DNA of 64,000 bases, from assembly GCA_965197645.1 (NCBI GenBank), contig OZ240219.1, forward strand, positions 1,824,001 through 1,888,000, read 5' to 3'. The DNA comes from Dehalococcoidia bacterium. Lineage in GTDB: Bacteria > Chloroflexota > Dehalococcoidia > Plut-88900. A model generated the notes under the pieces. It had not been told where the DNA came from. It worked only from the letters and a program-made list of their open reading frames with translations, and did no database searches. Made by a program: the position numbers and the translations under genes. Shown here piece by piece: positions 19,055 to 27,604 of the stretch. The first letter of the stretch is position 1; each line of letters begins with the position of its first letter.

Positions 19055-20626
19055 CTAGTCCAGGTATCTGGAACCGGGTATGGTTAAAAACTCTTCGAAA
19101 TCTCTATCTGTAATCAGCTGGTCAAATAGCTGGACGGCCTTGTCCAGGCGGCCGCCGTTGTCGCCCGGCGTTTCCAGCAGTTTCTCCACCTCTTCCGAGC
19201 GGATCTGCTGGTAGAGGCCTTGGGTCACGGGCCGACCATCGGAGAGGTGTATGCCGCGCCAGATCCACTGCCATATCTGGGCCCTGGCTATCTCAGCAGT
19301 GGCCGTGTCCTCCATCAGATAGTTGATAGCCACGGCGCCTCTGCCCTGGGCCCAAGCGTCCAGATACTGGAGGCTGACGCTGATGTTGTTCCTGAGGCCG
19401 GCCTCGGTTATATCGCCTTCGGGTACCTCCAGCAGGTCCTTGGCTGATACATCTACGTTGGGGACCTTGCGCAGCTGGTTGGGCCCCTCGAAGGCGTCTT
19501 CGAAGATGTCCAGGACGACTTTGACTAGGCCGGGATGGGCGACCCAGGCCCCATCGCAGCCCTGGCTGGCTTCCCGCTCCTTGTCGACACGGACCTGGGC
19601 AATGGCCTTTTCGTTGGCTTCGAGATCGTCCCTGCGAGGGATGAATGCCGACATTCCGCCTATTGCATGGGCGCCGCGCCGGTGGCAGGTTTCGGCCATC
19701 AACTCGGCGGCGGAGCGGAGGAACTTGGTGGCCATGGTCACCTGGGCCCTATCGGGGAAGACGGCCCACCGGTGCTCTGCGAACACCTTGATGAAGCTGA
19801 AGATGTAGTCCCATCGCCCCAGGTTGAGGGCCGTAATGTGGTCACGCAGCTCGTAGAGTATCTCCTCCATTTCGAAGGCGGCCAGGATGTGTTCGATCAG
19901 GACGGTCGCCTTGATGGAACCCCGGGGAAGACCGAGCCGGTCCTCCGAGTAGTCGAAGACGTGGCTCCATAAGCGTGCCTCCTGGTGAGACTGGAGCTTG
20001 GGCAGATAGATGTAGGGGCCAGTGCCCTGGTCCATCAGTGTATGGGCGTTGTGATAGAAGTAGAGCCCGAAGTCGAACAGGCTGGCGGACACCGGCATGC
20101 CATCGACGAGGACGTGCCGCTCCATGAGATGCCAACCGCGGGGCCGGACGGTTAGGGTGGCGACCTGATCGGCCAGGCTGTAGCTTTTGCCTTCTGGACT
20201 GGTGAAATCGATGCGGCGTTCGATGGCGTCCCGGAGGTTTACCTGGGCGTCCAGGGTGGGGCCCCAGACGGGCGAGTGGGCGTCTTCGAGGTCCGCCATG
20301 AAAACTCGAGAGCCGGAGTTGAGGGCATTGATGACCATCTTGCGGTCCGAGGCTGGGCCGGTTATCTCTACTTTGCGGTCCTGGAGGTCTTGGGGAGCGG
20401 AGGATACCTGCCAGTCACCCCGTCGAATTGAGCGGGTTTCGGGTAGGAAGTCGGGGAGCTGACCGGCGTCTATCTGCTGCTGACGGGCCTGGCGGGCCTG
20501 CATCAGCATTTTCCTGGTGGGCTCGAACTCCCTGGCCAGGCCTGCGACAAAGGACATAGCCTCGGGGCTCACGATGCCGGAGTGGCCGTTCCCGACCTTC
20601 CCGAGCACCTGAACGTTCGATTCCAT
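19055..20626 (-). CDS. aceB: Malate synthase A
   Basis: RKVEITGP, RPRGWH, LNLGRWDYIFS, AIGGMSA, LMEDTATAEI. Confidence 0.95.
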   Translation of the reverse strand: MESNVQVLGKVGNGHSGIVSPEAMSFVAGLAREFEPTRKMLMQARQARQQQIDAGQLPDFLPETRSIRRGDWQVSSAPQDLQDRKVEITGPASDRKMVINALNSGSRVFMADLEDAHSPVWGPTLDAQVNLRDAIERRIDFTSPEGKSYSLADQVATLTVRPRGWHLMERHVLVDGMPVSASLFDFGLYFYHNAHTLMDQGTGPYIYLPKLQSHQEARLWSHVFDYSEDRLGLPRGSIKATVLIEHILAAFEMEEILYELRDHITALNLGRWDYIFSFIKVFAEHRWAVFPDRAQVTMATKFLRSAAELMAETCHRRGAHAIGGMSAFIPRRDDLEANEKAIAQVRVDKEREASQGCDGAWVAHPGLVKVVLDIFEDAFEGPNQLRKVPNVDVSAKDLLEVPEGDITEAGLRNNISVSLQYLDAWAQGRGAVAINYLMEDTATAEIARAQIWQWIWRGIHLSDGRPVTQGLYQQIRSEEVEKLLETPGDNGGRLDKAVQLFDQLITDRDFEEFLTIPGSRYLD

Positions 20627-20780
20627 TTCGATGCTTCCTCTCAAATCTCTGTCAGTGGGCGGTTGGACCAGCCCGGTGAATGACGCCGCGTCGCTCTTCC
20701 ACTATGGCTGCAAGACCGCAGCGGGACTCATGTTAAGAGCGGCTGTGGTATAATGCAAGAGCCTTCTTTTACATCGGTGT

Positions 20781-20797
20781 GATAGAGTAAGCCTATC
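20781..20797. promoter_or_regulatory. Putative LysR-binding box
   Basis: GATAG-N7-CTATC inverted repeat containing T-N11-A, between the divergent aceB and lysR genes. Confidence 0.55.
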
Positions 20798-20842
20798 GCT
20801 CAAGACTGGGCAATAGTAAGGTTGTACGAGAGGAAGGGCGGA

Positions 20843-21748
20843 ATGGAGCTGATACAGTTGGAAGCATTCTTAGAGGCTGCTCAGTGGCGAAGCTTTAGGA
20901 GGGCGGCCGGGGCCCTGTTTCTGACCCAGCCCTCGCTAAGCGACCGTATCAAGCGGCTGGAACAGGACGTGAGGCAGCCCTTGTTCCACCGGATGGGGCG
21001 AGGAGTGACGTTGACGGAGGCGGGCAAGGCGCTGCTACCCTATGCGGAACACGCGCTGAGGGATCTCAGAGAGGGCAAGGAGGCGCTGCAAGAGATGGAC
21101 CCCCGAGCCAATATCACGCTGCACGTGGGCTCCGCCCGGGTTGTAGGCACCTATGTGCTGCCGAACGTGATAGCCCGCTTTCGAGAGGAGAACTCGGCCG
21201 ACGTACACATGCGGTCGGGACGCTCCACCGAGGTGCTGCAGATGGTGATAAACGGCGACGTCCACGTAGGCGTGGCTCGGGCGCTCACCCATCCCCAGGT
21301 GGAGTCTGTACCGTTATATGACGAAGAAGTGGTACTGGTGAGCGATACGTCCCACGAATTCGCCAAAGCGGGGTCGGCCAGCATCTACCAGGTCGCTACC
21401 GAGCCGCTGATCCTGTACGATCGAGATTCGTTCTACTTCGTTCTCATCGATAGGGTATGCCGGGAGGCCGGAATAGTGCCCAGGGTGCTGATGATGCTGG
21501 ATAGTATCGAGGCCACCAAGCAGATGGTGGAGCGGGGTCTGGGCATATCGTTCCTTCCTCGGAGCTCCATTAGTCGAGAAGTGGAACACGGGACCCTGGC
21601 CGCCGTCCCATTGACGGAAGGCCACCGGGTGACCCTGAACACGGTAGCATTGCTGCCTAGAAAGCAGCCTCGCAGTAGTATGGTAAAGGCATTCCTGAAA
21701 TCCCTACGGGAGACGGTCTCTCCGGTCGCAGCGGCGCCCTCGAGCTAG
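20843..21748 (+). CDS. LysR-family transcriptional regulator
   Basis: SFRRAAGALFLTQPSLSDRIKRLE HTH followed by a LysR substrate-binding domain. Confidence 0.93.
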   Translation: MELIQLEAFLEAAQWRSFRRAAGALFLTQPSLSDRIKRLEQDVRQPLFHRMGRGVTLTEAGKALLPYAEHALRDLREGKEALQEMDPRANITLHVGSARVVGTYVLPNVIARFREENSADVHMRSGRSTEVLQMVINGDVHVGVARALTHPQVESVPLYDEEVVLVSDTSHEFAKAGSASIYQVATEPLILYDRDSFYFVLIDRVCREAGIVPRVLMMLDSIEATKQMVERGLGISFLPRSSISREVEHGTLAAVPLTEGHRVTLNTVALLPRKQPRSSMVKAFLKSLRETVSPVAAAPSS

Positions 21749-22145
21749 CAACGGACGACAGTCGCATAAGACCCTGTTGCAAGGTCTACAGGGTCAACGC
21801 TACTCCTCATGGACAAGCCTTCTCCCCTCTACGCTGAACCGGGGGGACGGACTGGAATGGGGAGAGTGCCGGGCTGCTAGTCGGTTGCCAGGTCCTGGAA
21901 GAGGCCGACGCGATTGCCGAAGGGATGTGCCCCAGGTACTATTTCTAATCCCGTCCTGGTCAGCAAGGCGGGTAGAGGGATGGTCGGACGGGTGTTTCAG
22001 GCCCCTCGTAAGAGATTGTGTTGACTTGTCGGTTGGTTCCCAATAAGCTACGGAAGCCGTCGGAATGGACGGCCTCCCAAGACGAACAGGCATCATCGAA
22101 TCAGATACCGTTCGGACTCTACGAGTCTTAGAAAGGTCGAACAGC

Positions 22146-22562
22146 GTGGCCAGTCAAAAAGAGATAGACGACTTCATCAAAGAGGTGCACGTCTGCGTTC
22201 TGTCGACGACAGGGCCGGGGTACAGGTCCCATTCCATGCCTATGTGGTACCTGTATGAAGACGGCGTGTTCATCTTCAGCACTGGCGCCGGAACGCAGAA
22301 GCACAAGAACGTGGAGCGGAACGGCGAGGCCACCGTGGTGGTGGACCGGCGGGAGCCGCCCTACTACGCGATAATGGCCCAGGGCGACGCCGAGATAGGC
22401 CCGACCCTAAGCGAAGAAGAGGAGTTCAGGATGGCTGCTCGGTACCTGGGTGACGAGGGCGCCCGGAAGTACCTGGCCAAGAGAGGACCAGGCAATGGGG
22501 TCTCGATCAGGGTAAAGCCCAGAAAGTACGTGGAATACTACGGCTTGAGCGAACCGGCTTAG
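22146..22562 (+). CDS. Pyridoxamine 5'-phosphate oxidase-like (PPOX / F420-dependent class) protein
   Basis: VLSTTGP..HSMPMWY, KHKNVERN; upstream TTGACT-N17-TAAGCT at ~22021. Confidence 0.8.
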   Translation: MASQKEIDDFIKEVHVCVLSTTGPGYRSHSMPMWYLYEDGVFIFSTGAGTQKHKNVERNGEATVVVDRREPPYYAIMAQGDAEIGPTLSEEEEFRMAARYLGDEGARKYLAKRGPGNGVSIRVKPRKYVEYYGLSEPA

Positions 22563-22596
22563 ACATCGATTTTCTAGACATCCCAGGAGGCGAGCC

Positions 22597-24210
22597 ATGG
22601 ACCTGGTACTGCTAGGCGGCAACGTACTTACTATAGACAGCATGGACACCCGCTCCCAGGCGGTCGCAGTCAAGGACGGCAAGATAGCGGCGGTCGGGGC
22701 GACTCCCGATGTAGAAAAGCTGGTTGGGGAGAACACCACAGTCGTACATATGACGGGGCGGACGTTGATCCCGGGATTCATAGACCCTCACAACCACTTT
22801 GGGATGAACACCTTCGATCCGGTGTCGGTGGACTGTTGGACGCCCCCCAATGAGGGCATCCAGAACATCCTGGACTCCATAGCACAGACGGCCGGCGATA
22901 GTCTCCGGGGCCAGTGGATCTGGGGATCGGTTTATGATCAAAATAGCTCCAAGGAGAAACGGCTCATCACCCGGTGGGAGTTGGACGAGGTTGCCCCGGA
23001 CAATCCGGTGTGCATCATGGATGCTTCGCACCACTCCCTGTACGCCAACTCGGCGGCGTTGAAGCTGGCTGGGATCGATCGGAACACGCCGGACCCGCCC
23101 TGCGGCTGGGTGCTCAAGGATGACAACGGAGAGCCCAACGGCACGCTGTGGGAGCGGGCGATGGACCCTGTCCACATCAAGTGCATCCGGGCCCACATGG
23201 AGCACTACGGCGACTCGGTGGCGGACCTGGTGGAGCAGAACTGCCGCAGACACCTCCGGTACGGAATCACCAGCGTCGGGGACGCAGACACCCTGCCCGA
23301 GACCCAGGAGATGTACAGGAAGGCGGATGCGGCGGGCAAGCTGCCCATGACCATCCACCAGCTGCTGGGCGGCTACGAGTTCTTCGCACATCCTACCGAT
23401 GCAGCGGCAGGCGAGCGGGGGGATGGGAACGTTTCAGACCGGTTGAGGGGTGGGACGGTCAAGATGTTCATGGACCCGGTCTGGCCGTCGGCGGCCAGGG
23501 TCAAGTGCCATCCCGACGGGACCAAGGAGTACCTGGGCGAAAGGTACTATGACCAGGAGCAGTCCGACGCGGTGGTGCTGGAGGCTCGGAAGAACGGGTT
23601 CCAGGTGGGCATCCATTGCCTGGGCAATTGGAGCATAGAGCAGGCGCTCAACTCCTTCGAGAAGGCCCAGAAAGAGTATCCGTCATCCGACCCCAGGTTC
23701 CGGATCGAGCATTTCACCTTCCCAACCGTCGAGCTGATCCAACGGGCGGAGGCCCTGGGAGTGGTAGCGTCCATTCAGCCCCCCTTCGTGTACTCCTGGG
23801 CGGCATCCCAAGCAGACCCGGCAGAGGAGCTGGGGGGCGGCGTGATGGTGGAGCCGTACAAGACGATGAAGGCCCACGGGTTGACCGTAGCCGCCGGGTC
23901 GGACTATCCATGCGCTCGGTTGGACCCGTTGATCGGTCTGTACGCCATGGTCAACCGCAAGGGACAACGGGGCGAGGGCCCGGTTGCAGCCGAGGAAGCC
24001 GTGACACCGCTGGAGGGGCTGCGGATGTACACAATGGGCTCGGCGACGGCGATGCGCCGGGAGACCGAGGTGGGTTCGTTGGAGGTGGGCAAGAGGGCCG
24101 ATATGGTGCTGCTGAGCCACGATCCCACCACCGGTAATCCGGAGTTCATCCGGGACATCAACGTGGAGCAGACCTACGTGGACGGCGACCTCAAGTACTC
24201 CCGGACATAG
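22597..24210 (+). CDS. Amidohydrolase_3 (YtcJ-like)
   Basis: PGFIDPHNH, HCLG, RFRIEH, AGSDYP, GSLEVGKRAD. Confidence 0.9.
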   Translation: MDLVLLGGNVLTIDSMDTRSQAVAVKDGKIAAVGATPDVEKLVGENTTVVHMTGRTLIPGFIDPHNHFGMNTFDPVSVDCWTPPNEGIQNILDSIAQTAGDSLRGQWIWGSVYDQNSSKEKRLITRWELDEVAPDNPVCIMDASHHSLYANSAALKLAGIDRNTPDPPCGWVLKDDNGEPNGTLWERAMDPVHIKCIRAHMEHYGDSVADLVEQNCRRHLRYGITSVGDADTLPETQEMYRKADAAGKLPMTIHQLLGGYEFFAHPTDAAAGERGDGNVSDRLRGGTVKMFMDPVWPSAARVKCHPDGTKEYLGERYYDQEQSDAVVLEARKNGFQVGIHCLGNWSIEQALNSFEKAQKEYPSSDPRFRIEHFTFPTVELIQRAEALGVVASIQPPFVYSWAASQADPAEELGGGVMVEPYKTMKAHGLTVAAGSDYPCARLDPLIGLYAMVNRKGQRGEGPVAAEEAVTPLEGLRMYTMGSATAMRRETEVGSLEVGKRADMVLLSHDPTTGNPEFIRDINVEQTYVDGDLKYSRT

Positions 24211-24246
24211 GGCGCCTAGCGGCCGGAGCGTCGGCGGACCGCTCTA

Positions 24247-24729
24247 ATGCTATCGGGGGGCGAATCAAACGATTCGGGTAGACCCAGAGCCATTTTCCCC
24301 CGGAGCCTGAAGAACAAGCTCTTCATGGCCCAGAAGGGCAGGTGCTTCTACTGCGGGCGCACCCACCGCATGCGCTACCTTGAGATAGACCACAAATACC
24401 CCTTTAGTCGAGGTGGCGGCAACGAGTTCGACAACCTACAACTCCTCTGTACTCCCTGCAACATGCGAAAGGGGATCCAGTCCGATGAGGAGTTTCGACA
24501 CCGCTACCAGCGGCTCCTGCCTGCCGACGGCAGCATCCCGTATCCTCCCATTACCCAGGCCCAACTCAACGAGGAAACCCAATACACCAGGGCATCGCGG
24601 GAGGTACGCGCAATCTACCACCGGCGCTTCTCCGCTTACCGCGCTGGTCAACGTGGCGCCGGCTGCCTTCTCCCGGTAGCAGCAGTACTTGTCATCCTTG
24701 CCCTAGCACTCCTCGCCGTCATGGATTGA
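24247..24729 (+). CDS. HNH endonuclease with a C-terminal transmembrane tail
   Basis: CFYCG..IDHKYPFSRGG..NLQLLCTPCNMRKG; GCLLPVAAVLVILALALLAV at the C-terminus. Confidence 0.8.
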   Translation: MLSGGESNDSGRPRAIFPRSLKNKLFMAQKGRCFYCGRTHRMRYLEIDHKYPFSRGGGNEFDNLQLLCTPCNMRKGIQSDEEFRHRYQRLLPADGSIPYPPITQAQLNEETQYTRASREVRAIYHRRFSAYRAGQRGAGCLLPVAAVLVILALALLAVMD

Positions 24730-24838
24730 CGTCCCCAAATGGGCCCGTGCCTGGTTTGGCGAAAAACGGGTGAGTGCAGTGATTGGCCTGCAGGAGCTCA
24801 GTATCGAATCGAACCTGAGAAGTGTTAAGGAGCGAGCC

Positions 24839-25666
24839 GTGACCGGACCGAATCTCAAAATGAATTTTCTAGGGGTCTCAGTGGCCGACTTCCCATCGGC
24901 GTATCGCTACTATACGGAGGTGCTGGGGGTACGACGGGCACCTTCCGATCATCAGGAAGACAACTGGGCAATGCTGGGTAAGACGTGGGAAGAACACCTG
25001 GCTCTTGAGACGCCGGGGATGATGTGGGAGCTGTTCGGCAATGCACCGCCTCCTCCCGCCGATAGGGCTTGGGGCCGGGGGCAGAATGTCCGGCCGGGTA
25101 TTCAGGTAGAGAACGTCGAGATAACGGTGGCTGAGTTGCGTGGTCGTAGCGTTAGGTTCAATGGAGACATCCGCCGGCGAGAGTGGGGCGAGATGGCGGA
25201 GATCATAGGCCCAGAGGGGACTCGTTGGAGCGTGGGTAAAGCCTATGGATTTCCGTATGGCCGGGGGTTGCATGTACCACACATAGGATGGGTGGAGATC
25301 AAGGCGGCAGACATCGATGAACAGGTGGCGTTCTACCGGGACGTCATAGGGCTAAAGACGGTCTTTCATACCCTAGAAGGTGCCATGCTTCAACAGGACA
25401 AAAACGAGCCGATGATACTCATCGAACCTGGAGGAGAGAAGGTCAGCACAGACCTATCGGCGTCCTGGTCTCCCCTCAGGCAGCATCCCGTATGGATCAG
25501 CGCCATGATGTCGGAGCCGGATGAAGTTGCCGTATGGTTTGAGAAGCACAAGATAAACATCCTGAGCCCGTTGACCAGGCATTCGGCCTGGGGCGGAGAC
25601 GTTATGATCATCGCCGATGCGGATGGCAACGTTATCGAGGTGGTCCGGTACGACCATGTTGGCTAA
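24839..25666 (+). CDS. VOC/glyoxalase-family protein, two domains
   Basis: VADFPSAYRYYTEVLG, FYRDVIGL, DADGNVIEV. Confidence 0.8.
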   Translation: MTGPNLKMNFLGVSVADFPSAYRYYTEVLGVRRAPSDHQEDNWAMLGKTWEEHLALETPGMMWELFGNAPPPPADRAWGRGQNVRPGIQVENVEITVAELRGRSVRFNGDIRRREWGEMAEIIGPEGTRWSVGKAYGFPYGRGLHVPHIGWVEIKAADIDEQVAFYRDVIGLKTVFHTLEGAMLQQDKNEPMILIEPGGEKVSTDLSASWSPLRQHPVWISAMMSEPDEVAVWFEKHKINILSPLTRHSAWGGDVMIIADADGNVIEVVRYDHVG

Positions 25667-25751
25667 TGTCCCGAAATCTAGAAAATGACGGCTAGCCCAG
25701 ACGGGGTTACGCAGGTCGTAGAAAGGGACGAAAACGCAGCGCACCCTATGC

Positions 25752-25855
25752 CTGTCGTTCCGAACGGAGTGAGGAACCTAAGACGCTGCCCTCTGGAACG
25801 ACGTTGATTCATAGCGAGATGTCTTCAGATTCCTCGCTGGCTCTCGCAATGACAG
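25752..25855. repeat. REP-like inverted-repeat element of the GTCATT...GAGGAATCT / AGATTCCTC...AATGAC type
   Basis: Imperfect arms CTGTCGTTCCGAACGGAGTGAGGAACCT and AGATTCCTCGCTGGCTCTCGCAATGACAG. Confidence 0.65.
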
Positions 25856-26033
25856 CTTAGAGCCGGAAGCCTGAGGCTACGCAATCTGAGCACTTATCGA
25901 TACAAGAATGTTGACCCCCACGTCGACTGTCCGGTCTGCGCTTAGATCGTCTTGTCATCGACTGGAGAACCTGGGACGTGGAAGAGGAGTCCTCTTTACA
26001 ACACCCCCGACTCAGGCAGCCCTCCAGCATGGG

Positions 26034-27410
26034 TCACCCGGCAACGAGTGAGGGGGGCATCGGGACGTCGGGGTACTGCTCGTGGAGGCGTCTCCAGGAA
26101 CTGACGGTGGCTTCCTGCGCGTTGCGGACCACGTCTTCCTCGTTCATCGTAAGCACTACACCGTCCTGCATCACCATCTCCCCGTCCACCATCACGGTCT
26201 CGACGTCTCCGGCCTGACCGTAGTGCACCAGGTTGGAGACGATGTTGATGGCCGGTACCAGGTGAGGCCTGTTCGCATTGACGATGCACAGGTCGGCCAG
26301 CTTCCCGGCCTCGATGGAGCCGAGGTCGTGGTCTCGACCTAGAGCGGTCGCCCCGTTGGTCGTAGCGCAGCGAAGCATCACCTCGGGGGGCGGGTTGATT
26401 CCGCCGCCTCGCATGCCTCTCTGGGTGATGAGCCCCTTGTTCATGGCGTGAAACATGTCTTCGGTCATGTTGTCAGTGCCGAGGGCCACGTTGACGCCGG
26501 CGTCAAATATGGCGGGGTAGTTGGCCAGCCCGAAGTTGCCGTGAGTCGAGCTGGAGGAGGGACAGGTGGCCATGTGCACCCCCGTCTCGGCCAGGATCTC
26601 AATGTCTTTCTCGGTGCAATAGGTCCAGTGGGCGGCCAGAACGTCGGAGTCCAGCCAGCCGTTGTCCTGTAGATACTCCACGGACGTACGACCACTGATT
26701 TTTTTCACTTGATCGACCTCGAGCTGGCTCTGGGCGAGGTGGATGGTCCTTCGTAGCCCGTGTTTTATGGCCATATCGAGGAGCTTTTCCAGCATCCACG
26801 GAGAGCAGTTGTCCGGCGCGTGGGCGGCGGTCTGGACCTGGACGCGACCGTTCTCAGTATCGTGGAACCGCTCCACTAGGGCCTCAGCGCGTTCCAGGAA
26901 CTGCTCGCCCCAGTCCCTGGAGTACTCGTATTCTCCGTGGCGTATCTTGAGGGTGAGGGCATCGGCGCAGCTTTCGCTGAGGAATAAGCGCAGGCCGGTA
27001 TCGACCATGGTCTGAGCATAGGTGGTGACCCATCGGAGGGGATCGACGAGGGTGGTTGCGCCGGAGTGGATCGCTTCCAGGCAACCCAGGGCCGTCATAG
27101 CCGAGCGCTCGTCGGGGGTCATGGCTATGGTAATGGGGCTCATGTAGGTGTAGATCACCTCCGACTCCATGTCCTCGACGGTGCCGCGAATGACGGTGAG
27201 GACCGTGTGGGTGTGCGCGTTGATGAAACCGGGCAGTACGGCCTTGTTCCTGGCGTCGATGACATCGAGATTGGGGTACCGGCGTTCCATGTCCGAGGTG
27301 CCGCCCACGGCGGCGATCTTGTTCCCGGTAACGGCGACGGCTCCATCACGGATAATGGTGTCTTCCCGATCGCAGGTGACTACAGTCCCGTTCTTGATCA
27401 GCACGTCCAT
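26034..27410 (-). CDS. Amidohydrolase, MtaD/AtzA-like deaminase family
   Basis: PGFINAHTH, HAP, IHLAQS, AAH, LGTDN, GSIEAGKLAD. Confidence 0.9.
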   Translation of the reverse strand: MDVLIKNGTVVTCDREDTIIRDGAVAVTGNKIAAVGGTSDMERRYPNLDVIDARNKAVLPGFINAHTHTVLTVIRGTVEDMESEVIYTYMSPITIAMTPDERSAMTALGCLEAIHSGATTLVDPLRWVTTYAQTMVDTGLRLFLSESCADALTLKIRHGEYEYSRDWGEQFLERAEALVERFHDTENGRVQVQTAAHAPDNCSPWMLEKLLDMAIKHGLRRTIHLAQSQLEVDQVKKISGRTSVEYLQDNGWLDSDVLAAHWTYCTEKDIEILAETGVHMATCPSSSSTHGNFGLANYPAIFDAGVNVALGTDNMTEDMFHAMNKGLITQRGMRGGGINPPPEVMLRCATTNGATALGRDHDLGSIEAGKLADLCIVNANRPHLVPAINIVSNLVHYGQAGDVETVMVDGEMVMQDGVVLTMNEEDVVRNAQEATVSSWRRLHEQYPDVPMPPSLVAG

Positions 27411-27604
27411 ATCGGTGAACCTCCATCAGGGTTTAACCCCCGCACGCGCTAGGTGTATGATGCCGAAAGCCTCCGTCGGTATGGATTGGGAGGGCGGATG
27501 AAGGTCTTGGCACGGCTACATAGTATCAAACCGAGGAAGACGGCGACCGTCGAAGTATGTCGGGCTGCCGTGTACCCATGCCTGAACTCCACTAACCGAG
27601 CTCC

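Noticed and set aside
21750-22145. Possible sRNA between lysR and the PPOX gene
   Set aside because: One terminator-like hairpin and an ordinary promoter account for what I can see; no extended structure.
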